Virus record (IMG/VR): IMGVR_UViG_3300031994_000033 | Coordinates: 32,001 to 96,000 of that record | Length of the DNA: 64,000 bases | DNA from: a virus | Taxonomy: Duplodnaviria > Caudoviricetes | Reading direction: 5' to 3' (one strand) | Translations under genes and position numbers: made by a program | Part shown: one piece after another, positions 55,519-64,000 of the stretch | How the letters are laid out: the number at the start of each line of letters is the position of its first letter | How positions within the stretch are numbered: the stretch's first letter is position 1 | The notes under the pieces: generated by a model | Told to the model about the DNA's origin: nothing | Database searches by the model: none | The model's input: only the letters and a program-made list of their open reading frames with translations

Positions 55519-56142
55519 ATGAGCGATTTGTTGAAAGTAAAAATTGGTGGAAGTGATTATCTGTGCAAGTGGAAACCTAGTGATTTGTACCAATTTAATC
55601 TTAATTCGTTTGACTTACAAACTTTAAAGGATGGTAGGGTACAGTGGCATACATCTGGACCTTCTGTAGGATTGACAAAAGTAAACGATGCTCTTAAAAT
55701 CTCATTTGTTTCAGGAACGAAACAGTATTTTGGTGTAGTTCCCAACGAAATATTCTCTGATAATAGTAAATTTTCTGTTGAGGTAGAATATAGTAGTCCA
55801 GGATATCCCTATATGAGCTATTTATGTATTTTATACGGAGTCTATATTCAAGCAGAGGGTACTAGAATGAACGGAATATGGGCGTATAATGGTAGATCTT
55901 GGAAACTGGGGCCATCATTCAGTAATGCTTCCTCTGATAAAACTAATGTGAAGTGTTTATTTGAAAGAAAGGAGAATTACTACGATATAAGAGTATTTCT
56001 CAATGAATTATATGTTGGAAACACCACTTCCTATAGTAATTATGATGGAACTGGTCTCAATGGAACTAATACTGATTATAATGGCTCATCTTCCCCTGGA
56101 ATCATATATTTGCATAAATTTATAATAAGGAAAGAATCATAG
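55519..56142 (+). CDS. hypothetical beta-rich (lectin-like?) protein
   Basis: AT-rich ORF within the receptor-binding module. Confidence 0.55.
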   Translation: MSDLLKVKIGGSDYLCKWKPSDLYQFNLNSFDLQTLKDGRVQWHTSGPSVGLTKVNDALKISFVSGTKQYFGVVPNEIFSDNSKFSVEVEYSSPGYPYMSYLCILYGVYIQAEGTRMNGIWAYNGRSWKLGPSFSNASSDKTNVKCLFERKENYYDIRVFLNELYVGNTTSYSNYDGTGLNGTNTDYNGSSSPGIIYLHKFIIRKES

Positions 56143-56170
56143 TAGCATAAAGTTTTAAGGAGCGATTCAA

Positions 56171-56752
56171 ATGTCAACCACATCTGGAAACATGCAATCA
56201 TTTAAGGTCACGGACCCGAACGGCAACGTCTACGTTATGATACCTGTGGACACTGAAGCACGCCGGGAAATCGATGAAGGCAAATTTATGGATTTTGATC
56301 CAGATTATTTTACTTCCCAGTTGAGTCAGGATCAAAAAGAATTAAAAATTGGCCTGAACGGGGTACCTATCGGAGTGGAGGCACCGCTGAAGTTTGCCCA
56401 GGACAACGCACAGGGAATCGTGCTCGGGGCCGACTTGCTCCTGAACGGAGGCGCACTCACTGATGCCGCTTCCATCGACGTGCCGAACAACGCCCTCTCG
56501 ACGCTGGCAACGGCCCAGTCCACCCTTACATTGAACGTCGATGTAGGAGCTAGTGAAGTACCGAACTTTGCAGTGGAAGTTATCCCGAGCGTGGACTGCA
56601 CCTTGACCGTCACGAAGACGGTGGGCAGCACAACGACAACACTCAACCCCAGCATGGCTGGCGGAGACTCGCTCACCACGGGCAAGCTGTACCAGGTGAC
56701 GTGCGTTGGTAGCTGCTGGACATTGGCCGAGTTCACGCAGCCCACTCCGTAG
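56171..56752 (+). CDS. hypothetical tail-associated protein
   Basis: AAGGAG RBS; Thr/Val-rich. Confidence 0.6.
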   Translation: MSTTSGNMQSFKVTDPNGNVYVMIPVDTEARREIDEGKFMDFDPDYFTSQLSQDQKELKIGLNGVPIGVEAPLKFAQDNAQGIVLGADLLLNGGALTDAASIDVPNNALSTLATAQSTLTLNVDVGASEVPNFAVEVIPSVDCTLTVTKTVGSTTTTLNPSMAGGDSLTTGKLYQVTCVGSCWTLAEFTQPTP

Positions 56753-56762
56753 GAGGTAAAAT

Positions 56763-57068
56763 ATGATACTGACGCACGGAGCGAATAGTCTAGATAGAGG
56801 CGGTGGAGCGGCGGTTCAGGGCTGGACAAAAGAAAATGTCCCAGCTGGCGTTCAGATTACTCATGATTTTGGGGACGGGTCTGGCGCAGTTCCAGCTATA
56901 CCTACCGACAGTTGCGGTGTGAGAAACGACATCGTATCAGTTACTAGGTATGATGTTCACGTCGACAGTTGCGGTGTGAGAAACGACATCGTATCAGTTA
57001 CTAGGTATGATGTTCACGTCGACAGTTGCGGCGTGAGAAACGACATAATTTCAATTGAATTTATTTAA
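56763..57068 (+). CDS. small protein with a 19-aa tandem repeat
   Basis: AGGAGG RBS; DSCGVRNDIVSVTRYDVHV repeated. Confidence 0.65.
   Translation: MILTHGANSLDRGGGAAVQGWTKENVPAGVQITHDFGDGSGAVPAIPTDSCGVRNDIVSVTRYDVHVDSCGVRNDIVSVTRYDVHVDSCGVRNDIISIEFI
56906..57046 (+). repeat. 57-bp in-frame tandem repeat, 2.5 copies
   Basis: Units start at 56906, 56963 and 57020. Confidence 0.95.
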
Positions 57069-57083
57069 AAGGCGGTAAAAACT

Positions 57084-58187
57084 ATGGCTAAACTAGGCGG
57101 AGCCCTTATCGGGTATGGAATCAGAAAGAAGAACGGCGAGGAAAGGAAAGTAATCTTTGACAAGCCAATCCACAATACAATCACAAAATCTTGCTTGAAC
57201 AACCTTTTGAAGTTTAACGGCGGGAATGGTTTATCTTCGAATACGCAATATCCTGGACTCGATATGTGCAGTATATTTGTAAAGTCTGTCGACTTCAATG
57301 GTTCCAGCAGTAGGTATGGAGTGTTTAATTCATGTGCGCTGGGAAACGGAACCGGGGTAACGTCCGTAGATGACACGCAACTAAAAAATAAAATTGGTGA
57401 TTATACAGATACGAAAAAAACAGGTAATGGCTGGTGTGGCTATTCGCTTGACTATCAAAACGCAACTATCAGATTAAGAGTTTCGCACACACACTCAATA
57501 AATGAAAATTTCACTATCAAGGAAATAGGCTGGTTTAACAGGATATACCCAGACGGCGTTTACTCCCTATCATCCAGAATTCAACTAGATAATTTCATAG
57601 ATGTTGAAAGCGGAGATGAATTTTACTCAATATACGAAATTATTGTTTCATTTCAAGACGAAGAAAAAGTTCCGGAATTTTCGGGGCTGAATGTTGGCGG
57701 ATACTCTGTCAACGCTTGCACGATTCCGACATACTCTAATGCATGCTGTTGTTTCCCATATATCAATACAAGTGGTACGGGATCCATTCATATTAGTAAT
57801 GGTTGGCCTGTAGTGTCCCAATTCTCGTGTTGGATAGATTTTGTTTGGACTCAAGTTCAGTATAAGGTAAGAATCTTAAAAAGAAATTGGGCGAAAAACA
57901 AGCCTATCACGCAACAAGATGCAACGATTCTTAATTACGGTTTCGTATACGAAAGTGTCGTTCGCGATTATACGGAAAATTCTTTTTACCGGGATGTTGA
58001 ATTCACGATACCGCAGTCCGCGCTCGGGGCAGACGTATATGGGATTGAAATTCTTGGCACCTTATACCGCTTCGGCACGTTTGACGAACAAGATAATTTT
58101 ACGCCAACGCCAATAACAATAAATTCCGCGTTGAAAATTACTTGCCGCCAAAGCTGGAGCACCGACTTGCTCACACCCGCCGGGTAA
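57084..58187 (+). CDS. tail-fibre-associated hypothetical protein
   Basis: HNTIT...ALGNGT...DTQL...IKEIG pattern typical of tail fibre/collar N-termini. Confidence 0.55.
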   Translation: MAKLGGALIGYGIRKKNGEERKVIFDKPIHNTITKSCLNNLLKFNGGNGLSSNTQYPGLDMCSIFVKSVDFNGSSSRYGVFNSCALGNGTGVTSVDDTQLKNKIGDYTDTKKTGNGWCGYSLDYQNATIRLRVSHTHSINENFTIKEIGWFNRIYPDGVYSLSSRIQLDNFIDVESGDEFYSIYEIIVSFQDEEKVPEFSGLNVGGYSVNACTIPTYSNACCCFPYINTSGTGSIHISNGWPVVSQFSCWIDFVWTQVQYKVRILKRNWAKNKPITQQDATILNYGFVYESVVRDYTENSFYRDVEFTIPQSALGADVYGIEILGTLYRFGTFDEQDNFTPTPITINSALKITCRQSWSTDLLTPAG

Positions 58188-58290
58188 ACGCAAACTCGAC
58201 GGATAAAATGAAAAACAAAGACTCCCCGCGAACGACGGTGGCAGCAGTTACCCGGTTCCCCGGGTGCCCTATTTCCGCATATAGGTGCCC

Positions 58291-58332
58291 TGTGTTGCAT
58301 ATGCCGCCGTGATATTGCGCATATGCAACACA
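58291..58332. repeat. 14-bp perfect inverted repeat
   Basis: TGTGTTGCATATGC ... GCATATGCAACACA. Confidence 0.85.
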
Positions 58333-58377
58333 TGGCCAAATGTAAAGATAATTTTACCACATTTCTTACAGTTTCCC

Positions 58378-59759
58378 TACAAAATCCGGCAGGAAAGATG
58401 CTGTCCCAAATTGAAGGCATATGAGAGCCTGGCAGAACAAAAATTAAAAAGAACTTGAAAAATAGGCGGTCGCAATTAAGCTATATTTGAAAATGTCAGG
58501 CTGAAAGATTTTAGCTAGGAGGATTAAATGGATATACATACACAGAATCACCTGAATTATAGTGGCCGAGTCAATTTAGGAAGCTTTTATACCCCTTATA
58601 AATATGTCATGCTTGTTAAAGGATGGCTTGAAAAATACGGGCTGACGGATGGCATGACTATTTTGGATAGTTCTTGTGGCTATGGGGCTTTTTTTGAACT
58701 TCAGGACCTTTTGCCGAACAACACCTATATTGGAAACGATATCGATTCTGTGGCCGTAGGCAAGGCGTCGGAAATGTTTCCGAAGGTTCGGACTTACAAC
58801 AAGAACGCCCTTTTGAATGTCTCGCGGAAGCTTTATAATATCGGTGCAAAAGACAAGCTTGTTGTGGTGGGGAATCCTCCTTATAACGATGTCACCTCCC
58901 AGATAAATCAGAAGGTTAAAACTTCTGATATGCAAATCGATGCCGATATAAAAACCAGGGATTTGGGATTGTCGTCGTTGTTGTCCTATAACAAACTTGC
59001 GGCAGATTATGTTGCTGTTTTGCATCCGCTTTCTTACCTGATAAAGAAGGCGAACTGGACGGCAGCGCGAAAGTTCTTCTTGAACTACAAGTTGCTGGAG
59101 CATGTGGTTTTTAATAGCCAGGAATTTGCAAACACTTCCAAGACGACCGGGTTCCCAGTAGTGGTCGCTTTTTACGAAAGAAACCCGTTCGAAAGCTTGA
59201 GTTACGAGGATGTCGTCCGGATGACTTTCCGTACGGTGGAAGGCAAGGAATTTTCTCTTTCGAACTGGGACTATGTGGCGGATTACATTGAAAAATATCC
59301 GCACAAGAACCGGTATGAACCCGAAATCCTCTATTATACGCTTCGCGATATCAATGCGCTGAAGCGCAGCAGGACCTTCGTTAAGGATCGTTGCTCCAAT
59401 GCGGTTGATGTGGACCCGGAAAAACTTCCTTATTACTGCTATTTGGATTGCTTCAAGAAATATGCGAAAATTCCCTATTATATGGGGAATTTCGATGTTC
59501 CCTTTGACAGGAAGACTTTCCAGAGCATAGAGAAGGCTGTTGTAGCCATATCGAAATATGACCATCCGGACGTTTTTGGGGAGAGCCGCAAACCCTCTGC
59601 AAAGACAGAGCAAAAGGTAATAGACTATATTGAAGGTATCTTGAACCGATAAGCACAAGAGAGAATTGCGATTGGAATACAATCGATGAAGATTGAACTG
59701 GCAAAAAGGAGGGTCTGTTCGTTTGCCTCCGTTTTTACAAAATCCGGCGGGAAAGATGC
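58378..59759. mobile_element. methyltransferase cassette bounded by 24-bp direct repeats
   Basis: TACAAAATCCGGCRGGAAAGATGC at 58378-58401 and 59736-59759. Confidence 0.6.
58528..59652 (+). CDS. orphan N6-adenine DNA methyltransferase (gamma motif order)
   Basis: GSFYTP, LDSSCGYG (motif I), GNDID and GNPPY (motif IV). Confidence 0.88.
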   Translation: MDIHTQNHLNYSGRVNLGSFYTPYKYVMLVKGWLEKYGLTDGMTILDSSCGYGAFFELQDLLPNNTYIGNDIDSVAVGKASEMFPKVRTYNKNALLNVSRKLYNIGAKDKLVVVGNPPYNDVTSQINQKVKTSDMQIDADIKTRDLGLSSLLSYNKLAADYVAVLHPLSYLIKKANWTAARKFFLNYKLLEHVVFNSQEFANTSKTTGFPVVVAFYERNPFESLSYEDVVRMTFRTVEGKEFSLSNWDYVADYIEKYPHKNRYEPEILYYTLRDINALKRSRTFVKDRCSNAVDVDPEKLPYYCYLDCFKKYAKIPYYMGNFDVPFDRKTFQSIEKAVVAISKYDHPDVFGESRKPSAKTEQKVIDYIEGILNR

Positions 59760-59794
59760 AACCCTATCAACATCAAAATGAAGTGCACCTGAGC

Positions 59795-60754
59795 TCAGCT
59801 ATTGTTTGCAGGAGTGTGGGGCGTGCTCGGAGCTGAAACTACGCTTATGCGCATGCAAGCTCTTCTAGGAAGTTCATCTTCTATGTGGTCACATACCGGA
59901 AGCAACTTCCATATTACGCTACTGGCTGTCGAGGCAGCCGTGTTGCTGATGTTGAACCCCATCATGTTCAGATGAAGCGCCAAGAAGTTTCCTTTCGAAG
60001 CGAACGTCTTAGTGTGAGACCAGTTTCCTAAGAAGACTCCGGTAGTACTGCCACATAGTTCATCTGGCGTCTCGTAAGTGACTCCGCCTCCATCGTATAT
60101 GCTGTACTGGTCTCTCAAGAATCCGAACCTTCCTTCAACAGTTGAGTCATCTACGCTGTAGTTGTTCAATCCGATGAAGTCAATCACGATTCGACAGTAG
60201 TTGTGATTCGATGGAAGAGACGAACGATCATTCAAGTAAGACGCTATGCGCTTCACGTTGATAGTGATAGATGACGGCTGTTTGTCGTCGATCCATCCGG
60301 CTGGGTGATTCGTTCCGCCCCAGCCAGCGGCTAGCGGAGCACTGAAAGTAGCGAGGTCGTATGTGAAGTTTCCACTTCTGACGAACTTGTACACTTGTGT
60401 CGGATTCATAGGATCAGCATAAGCCCAAGGTCTGTTATTGAACCAGTGTATTTTGTCAGTTCCAGTCACCGACGAGTACAGCGCCGTATAGTCTGCTCTG
60501 GCTGTCATGTCCGGCAATAGCCAGCACTGCTGAAGCCAAGTGATTCCTTCTGGACTGACATAGTACTGCCCGTCGTCTGCGTCCATCATGTACTGGTGGC
60601 ACTCGTCATATCCGGTAGAACCTACTCTGTTCATCATGATGACTGGACGATATTTTCCGACAGTAGTCCAGCTAGGAAGGCTAGTGTCCTCCACCATCTG
60701 TATGGGAATCGTATATGTTGTGTGGCCAAATATTCTGTCGTAAGTGTATGGCAT
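59795..60754 (-). CDS. hypothetical protein downstream of the tail fibre
   Basis: 319-aa ORF starting just after the fibre stop codon. Confidence 0.6.
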   Translation of the reverse strand: MPYTYDRIFGHTTYTIPIQMVEDTSLPSWTTVGKYRPVIMMNRVGSTGYDECHQYMMDADDGQYYVSPEGITWLQQCWLLPDMTARADYTALYSSVTGTDKIHWFNNRPWAYADPMNPTQVYKFVRSGNFTYDLATFSAPLAAGWGGTNHPAGWIDDKQPSSITINVKRIASYLNDRSSLPSNHNYCRIVIDFIGLNNYSVDDSTVEGRFGFLRDQYSIYDGGGVTYETPDELCGSTTGVFLGNWSHTKTFASKGNFLALHLNMMGFNISNTAASTASSVIWKLLPVCDHIEDELPRRACMRISVVSAPSTPHTPANNS

Positions 60755-60758
60755 AGCG

Positions 60759-63700
60759 TTAAGTCTTTACAAAGTATATAGTGTCTGTGTCTTGTCCGAG
60801 AGAACCGACGACTATCTTGTAGCCGCCGAGAGCGTTCTCTATACTGCTTACTCTTCCTGACAGAGACTGAAGCGATGAGTTGACACTGCTAAATGTTGAC
60901 TGAATGGTTCCTCCGGAAGAGTCATAGTTCTTCGCTGTATCTGCTGTTCCGCTGATGTTCGCGGATATAGTATTCGTGGAAGGTGTGAGTTTCACACCTG
61001 AATCGTATCTAGCAGTAGTTGCAGTACCGTTAGGGTCAGTAGCTCCTGCCATCAGTAACGGATATGCAGTCGTTCCATTGTCATCTTTCGTCTGTGTGAC
61101 TTTTGTATCAGCTGGAGTTTTGAATAGCACTGATGTGCCGCCAGTAGTCAGCTTGTACTGGGTATTATGCGCTAGCGAGACTACTGTACCAGAGCTACTA
61201 TCGGCGGCGATAGACGTAGTGTGTGTGTGATTGGTTTCAGACAGTTTGGTCCATGTAATACCGGTAGTTGAGTTACCCACCGAAGCAACGTATGGGCTAC
61301 TGCTTCCCTGCACCCAGCATGTAAGATTGTATCTATAATCGCTGGAGTTGTTGTAACGCTTGCAGACTACTTCGCATACAAAACCCTTACTACCGGATTC
61401 TGGCTTGTCCGATATATTTGCCGACCCACCATCCGTTCTAGTATAGAACCTGGCATAGTGGGTACCGGCAGCAGCCATGGCTTGTACTTGGGCCAATAAT
61501 GTAGTAGTCTGTGCCTCAAGACTGGTATTAGCTATCTTGACCTTACCATCCAAAGCCGTCTTTATGCCGCCGCTAGTCACCGCCTTTGTCGAGCTTGCCG
61601 TAGGCGTAGTGTCCATCGTGGTAGCCGTGGCAGAAATCTTGCCGTTCGTTTCCGAGATGGCGGAGATGTACTTGCCATCACCACCGACAGAGTCCACGTC
61701 CAGGCCACCTATCGCGGCAGCTACCGCAGTGCCGTTCACCGGGGCGGTCCCGGTAGATGAATACGTGGACGTCACGTCGCCGTCGTGCACGAAATCGTCA
61801 TTGCAAGGAGTAATGACACCATTTTCGTTCGCATACACAGGAACAGAAGTAGACCCAATTGCAGACGTGCCTTCAGTAATAGCAGCTGTACGTGGCGTAT
61901 CAAGAGTAAAGCCTGTCAACGCAGATGTAAGATTTTCGTCCTTGACCTCAACACCGCTAGACAGCGTCGATTCCTGCTGTGTTATTTCCCAACCATAAGT
62001 ATCATTTGCTGCTGTAGCCGTTCCTTCCGCATTCCAAAGTATGAATACATCTAGGCCATCAGCCCAATTTGACGGTCTCTTGTACGCAAGACGAACTACC
62101 CTAGAACCTCGTCTAGTACTTGTAGTAATTAGATTGATTGAAGAAGGGTTATTTTCAACTGCATTTACATTAGCAATAACAAGGTCAAAAGAGATATGCT
62201 CATTATCGCCAGTAGTACCGACAACTATATTACCAGAAATTCGTACTCTCGTTGCAGATTGTGCCGTACTGAATTTGACATTAAAGAGCCTATATCCGTA
62301 AGACGTAGTTCTATTATTACGGACTCCGAATGGATATCGTTTATTGATGTTTGCAACGGCATTGTCCAGTGCAGTCTTTATACCTCCGCTGGTCACCGCA
62401 TTGGTGGAACTTGCCGTCGGAGCGGTATCCATCGTGGTAGCAGTAGCACTAATCTTGCCGTCCGTTTCGGAAATGGCGGATACGTACTTCCCAGCTCCGC
62501 CTACAGACGATACATCAAGTGCCTGGATTGCTGTCGTTATATCGCCGGCCTTTGCAAAAGATTCAAACGTGCCCTTCGGAGTCAGCGCCTGTGTCGTAGT
62601 ACTGCCGTCAAACGATATGGATGCCCTGGCTACCTTGTTCGAGTCGGAACTGTCGGTAATGACGAGCTTGTCACCGGACGCTATGGCAACGTCTGTTGTC
62701 TGAAGAGCACCGGCGGAGGTAATGTTGCCATGGGTATGAGTGGAGTTAGATAACAGCGTAGTTGCAAAATCTACAACTTGCTTGTTATTTTCTACATCCG
62801 CCGTTGGCTTATCGCCTCCCCCACCTGATGTATTGTAATATGTCCATCCAGGCTTATTGTCGGGCTGATAATAGTCACCACCAATTTCACGTATACCTAC
62901 TCCATGCCAGGTGTTGGAAAGGTATGCCCATAGTTCCACTGTGCTAGCCGTATTATTCGTACCATTGATGTATATAGCAAATTTAAGTTGGCTGGAATTA
63001 TCTACGGTAACGATGTGGTTATATCGTCTTGCTTTTGCACCATAAGTTGAATCAAACCGAATAGTGAGCTCAAGCGTTGAACGATATGCCATATCTGTTG
63101 CTAAATAAACGACATCCCATATACCAGACAAATTGGTCCATGTCCACGTTCTTGACATGGATGCAATTTTTGCCCACCCGTTTCCGGTATTTGCCGAACG
63201 CTCGAATGTGCCGTCCATCCAGTTCAGCTTAGTTTCGAGAGCTGTTTTTACTGCGCCGCTTGTTATGGCATTGGTGCTGTTCGCTGTCGGCGTAGTATCC
63301 ATCGTCGTAGCGGTAGCCGAAATCTTGCCGTCCGTCTCAGAAATCGCCGAGATGTACTTCCCGGCACCGCCCACCGAACCGACATCAAGGGCCTGTATCG
63401 CCGAAGTAATGTCTCCCGATTTTGCGAACGCCTCAAACGTTCCTTTTGGAGTCAAAGCCGTTGTCGTAGTCGAACCGTCAAATGATATAGATGCCCTAGC
63501 AACCTTGTTAGAATTATCTGCATCCGTTACGACTAACTTGTCACCGCTAGCGATAGTAATGTCGTTAGTCTGCAATGCACCACCATTTGTAATGTTACCG
63601 TGAGTATGCGATGTAGGAGTGCGGGCAGAAGTATATGGGTCCGTAGACGGCAATGCCAATGTATGAGAACCATCATACGCCTGGGCAGTAGTGGATAGCG

Positions 63701-64000
63701 TTAGAGTGGAATGACTATGTTTCTTACTAACTGCATCGGCAACATCAGTACCCTTAATCGTGGATGTCTGAATCTTCGCATTGTCGGCGTCACGTATGAC
63801 AACATAGTCATTACCAGCAGCTGCAGCTGCTGTATCAGTAAGTGTACCACCATTAGCAATATTTCCGTGCGAATGCGACGCCGGGGTTACTCCAGAAATA
63901 GTAACTTCTTCTATACTAGTAACGTGACCTGTTGAATCAGTAGTTATCTTAGGAACTTTTGTAGCAGAGCCTTTTGATGAATACGCAGTATGTGTAGGAT
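60759..64000 (-). CDS. long tail fibre protein with internal repeats, 5' partial
   Basis: HTHGNI motifs and a repeated ~120-aa module (LDV.SVGG.GKY.SAISET.GKISATATTMDT.PTA). The frame is open from the window end (PTHTAYSSKGSATKVPK...). Confidence 0.85.
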   Translation of the reverse strand, partial: PTHTAYSSKGSATKVPKITTDSTGHVTSIEEVTISGVTPASHSHGNIANGGTLTDTAAAAAGNDYVVIRDADNAKIQTSTIKGTDVADAVSKKHSHSTLTLSTTAQAYDGSHTLALPSTDPYTSARTPTSHTHGNITNGGALQTNDITIASGDKLVVTDADNSNKVARASISFDGSTTTTALTPKGTFEAFAKSGDITSAIQALDVGSVGGAGKYISAISETDGKISATATTMDTTPTANSTNAITSGAVKTALETKLNWMDGTFERSANTGNGWAKIASMSRTWTWTNLSGIWDVVYLATDMAYRSTLELTIRFDSTYGAKARRYNHIVTVDNSSQLKFAIYINGTNNTASTVELWAYLSNTWHGVGIREIGGDYYQPDNKPGWTYYNTSGGGGDKPTADVENNKQVVDFATTLLSNSTHTHGNITSAGALQTTDVAIASGDKLVITDSSDSNKVARASISFDGSTTTQALTPKGTFESFAKAGDITTAIQALDVSSVGGAGKYVSAISETDGKISATATTMDTAPTASSTNAVTSGGIKTALDNAVANINKRYPFGVRNNRTTSYGYRLFNVKFSTAQSATRVRISGNIVVGTTGDNEHISFDLVIANVNAVENNPSSINLITTSTRRGSRVVRLAYKRPSNWADGLDVFILWNAEGTATAANDTYGWEITQQESTLSSGVEVKDENLTSALTGFTLDTPRTAAITEGTSAIGSTSVPVYANENGVITPCNDDFVHDGDVTSTYSSTGTAPVNGTAVAAAIGGLDVDSVGGDGKYISAISETNGKISATATTMDTTPTASSTKAVTSGGIKTALDGKVKIANTSLEAQTTTLLAQVQAMAAAGTHYARFYTRTDGGSANISDKPESGSKGFVCEVVCKRYNNSSDYRYNLTCWVQGSSSPYVASVGNSTTGITWTKLSETNHTHTTSIAADSSSGTVVSLAHNTQYKLTTGGTSVLFKTPADTKVTQTKDDNGTTAYPLLMAGATDPNGTATTARYDSGVKLTPSTNTISANISGTADTAKNYDSSGGTIQSTFSSVNSSLQSLSGRVSSIENALGGYKIVVGSLGQDTDTIYFVKT

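Noticed and set aside
56906-57046. Possible CRISPR array
   Set aside because: The units are contiguous and identical with no unique spacers, and they are in frame within an ORF.
58190-58440. Integron attC site
   Set aside because: An inverted repeat is present, but RYYYAAC/GTTRRRY core sites in the proper arrangement were not evident and no integrase is nearby.
58576-59682. 368-aa minus-strand ORF
   Set aside because: Antisense shadow of the methyltransferase with no recognisable motifs.
1-64000. Stop-codon reassignment (alternative genetic code)
   Set aside because: Core genes are full length in code 11, and TAA, TAG and TGA all end genes at sensible boundaries.

Overview
A 64-kb segment of a large T4-like (contractile-tailed, probably jumbo) bacteriophage. 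The host is most likely Fibrobacter or a relative, because three genes carry Fib_succ_major/FISUMP-like domains. The window encodes a family-B DNA polymerase, UvsW helicase, tail sheath, gp25/gp26/gp53/gp14-like proteins, about six tail-tube-fold paralogs, RuvC, an HNH nuclease, Hsp20, tail-fibre modules and an orphan adenine methyltransferase. Two promoter classes are visible: sigma70-like early (TTTASA-N17-TATATT) and T4-like late (TATAAATA). The most notable observations are: (1) a ~70-nt two-hairpin RNA antisense to the AAGGACC ribosome-binding sites of three early genes; (2) a terminase C-half behind an atypically split intein C-fragment whose N-half is not in the window; (3) a tandem pair of divergent thymidylate-synthase-fold genes with the dCMP-type Asp; (4) an array of 8-9 paralogous small early genes; (5) a DGR-like variable region in a FISUMP gene; (6) a probable ATT start and intein-like insertions in the polymerase; (7) a repeat-rich origin/terminus-like region. 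All product calls come from visual motif recognition; no database searches or folding computations were run.
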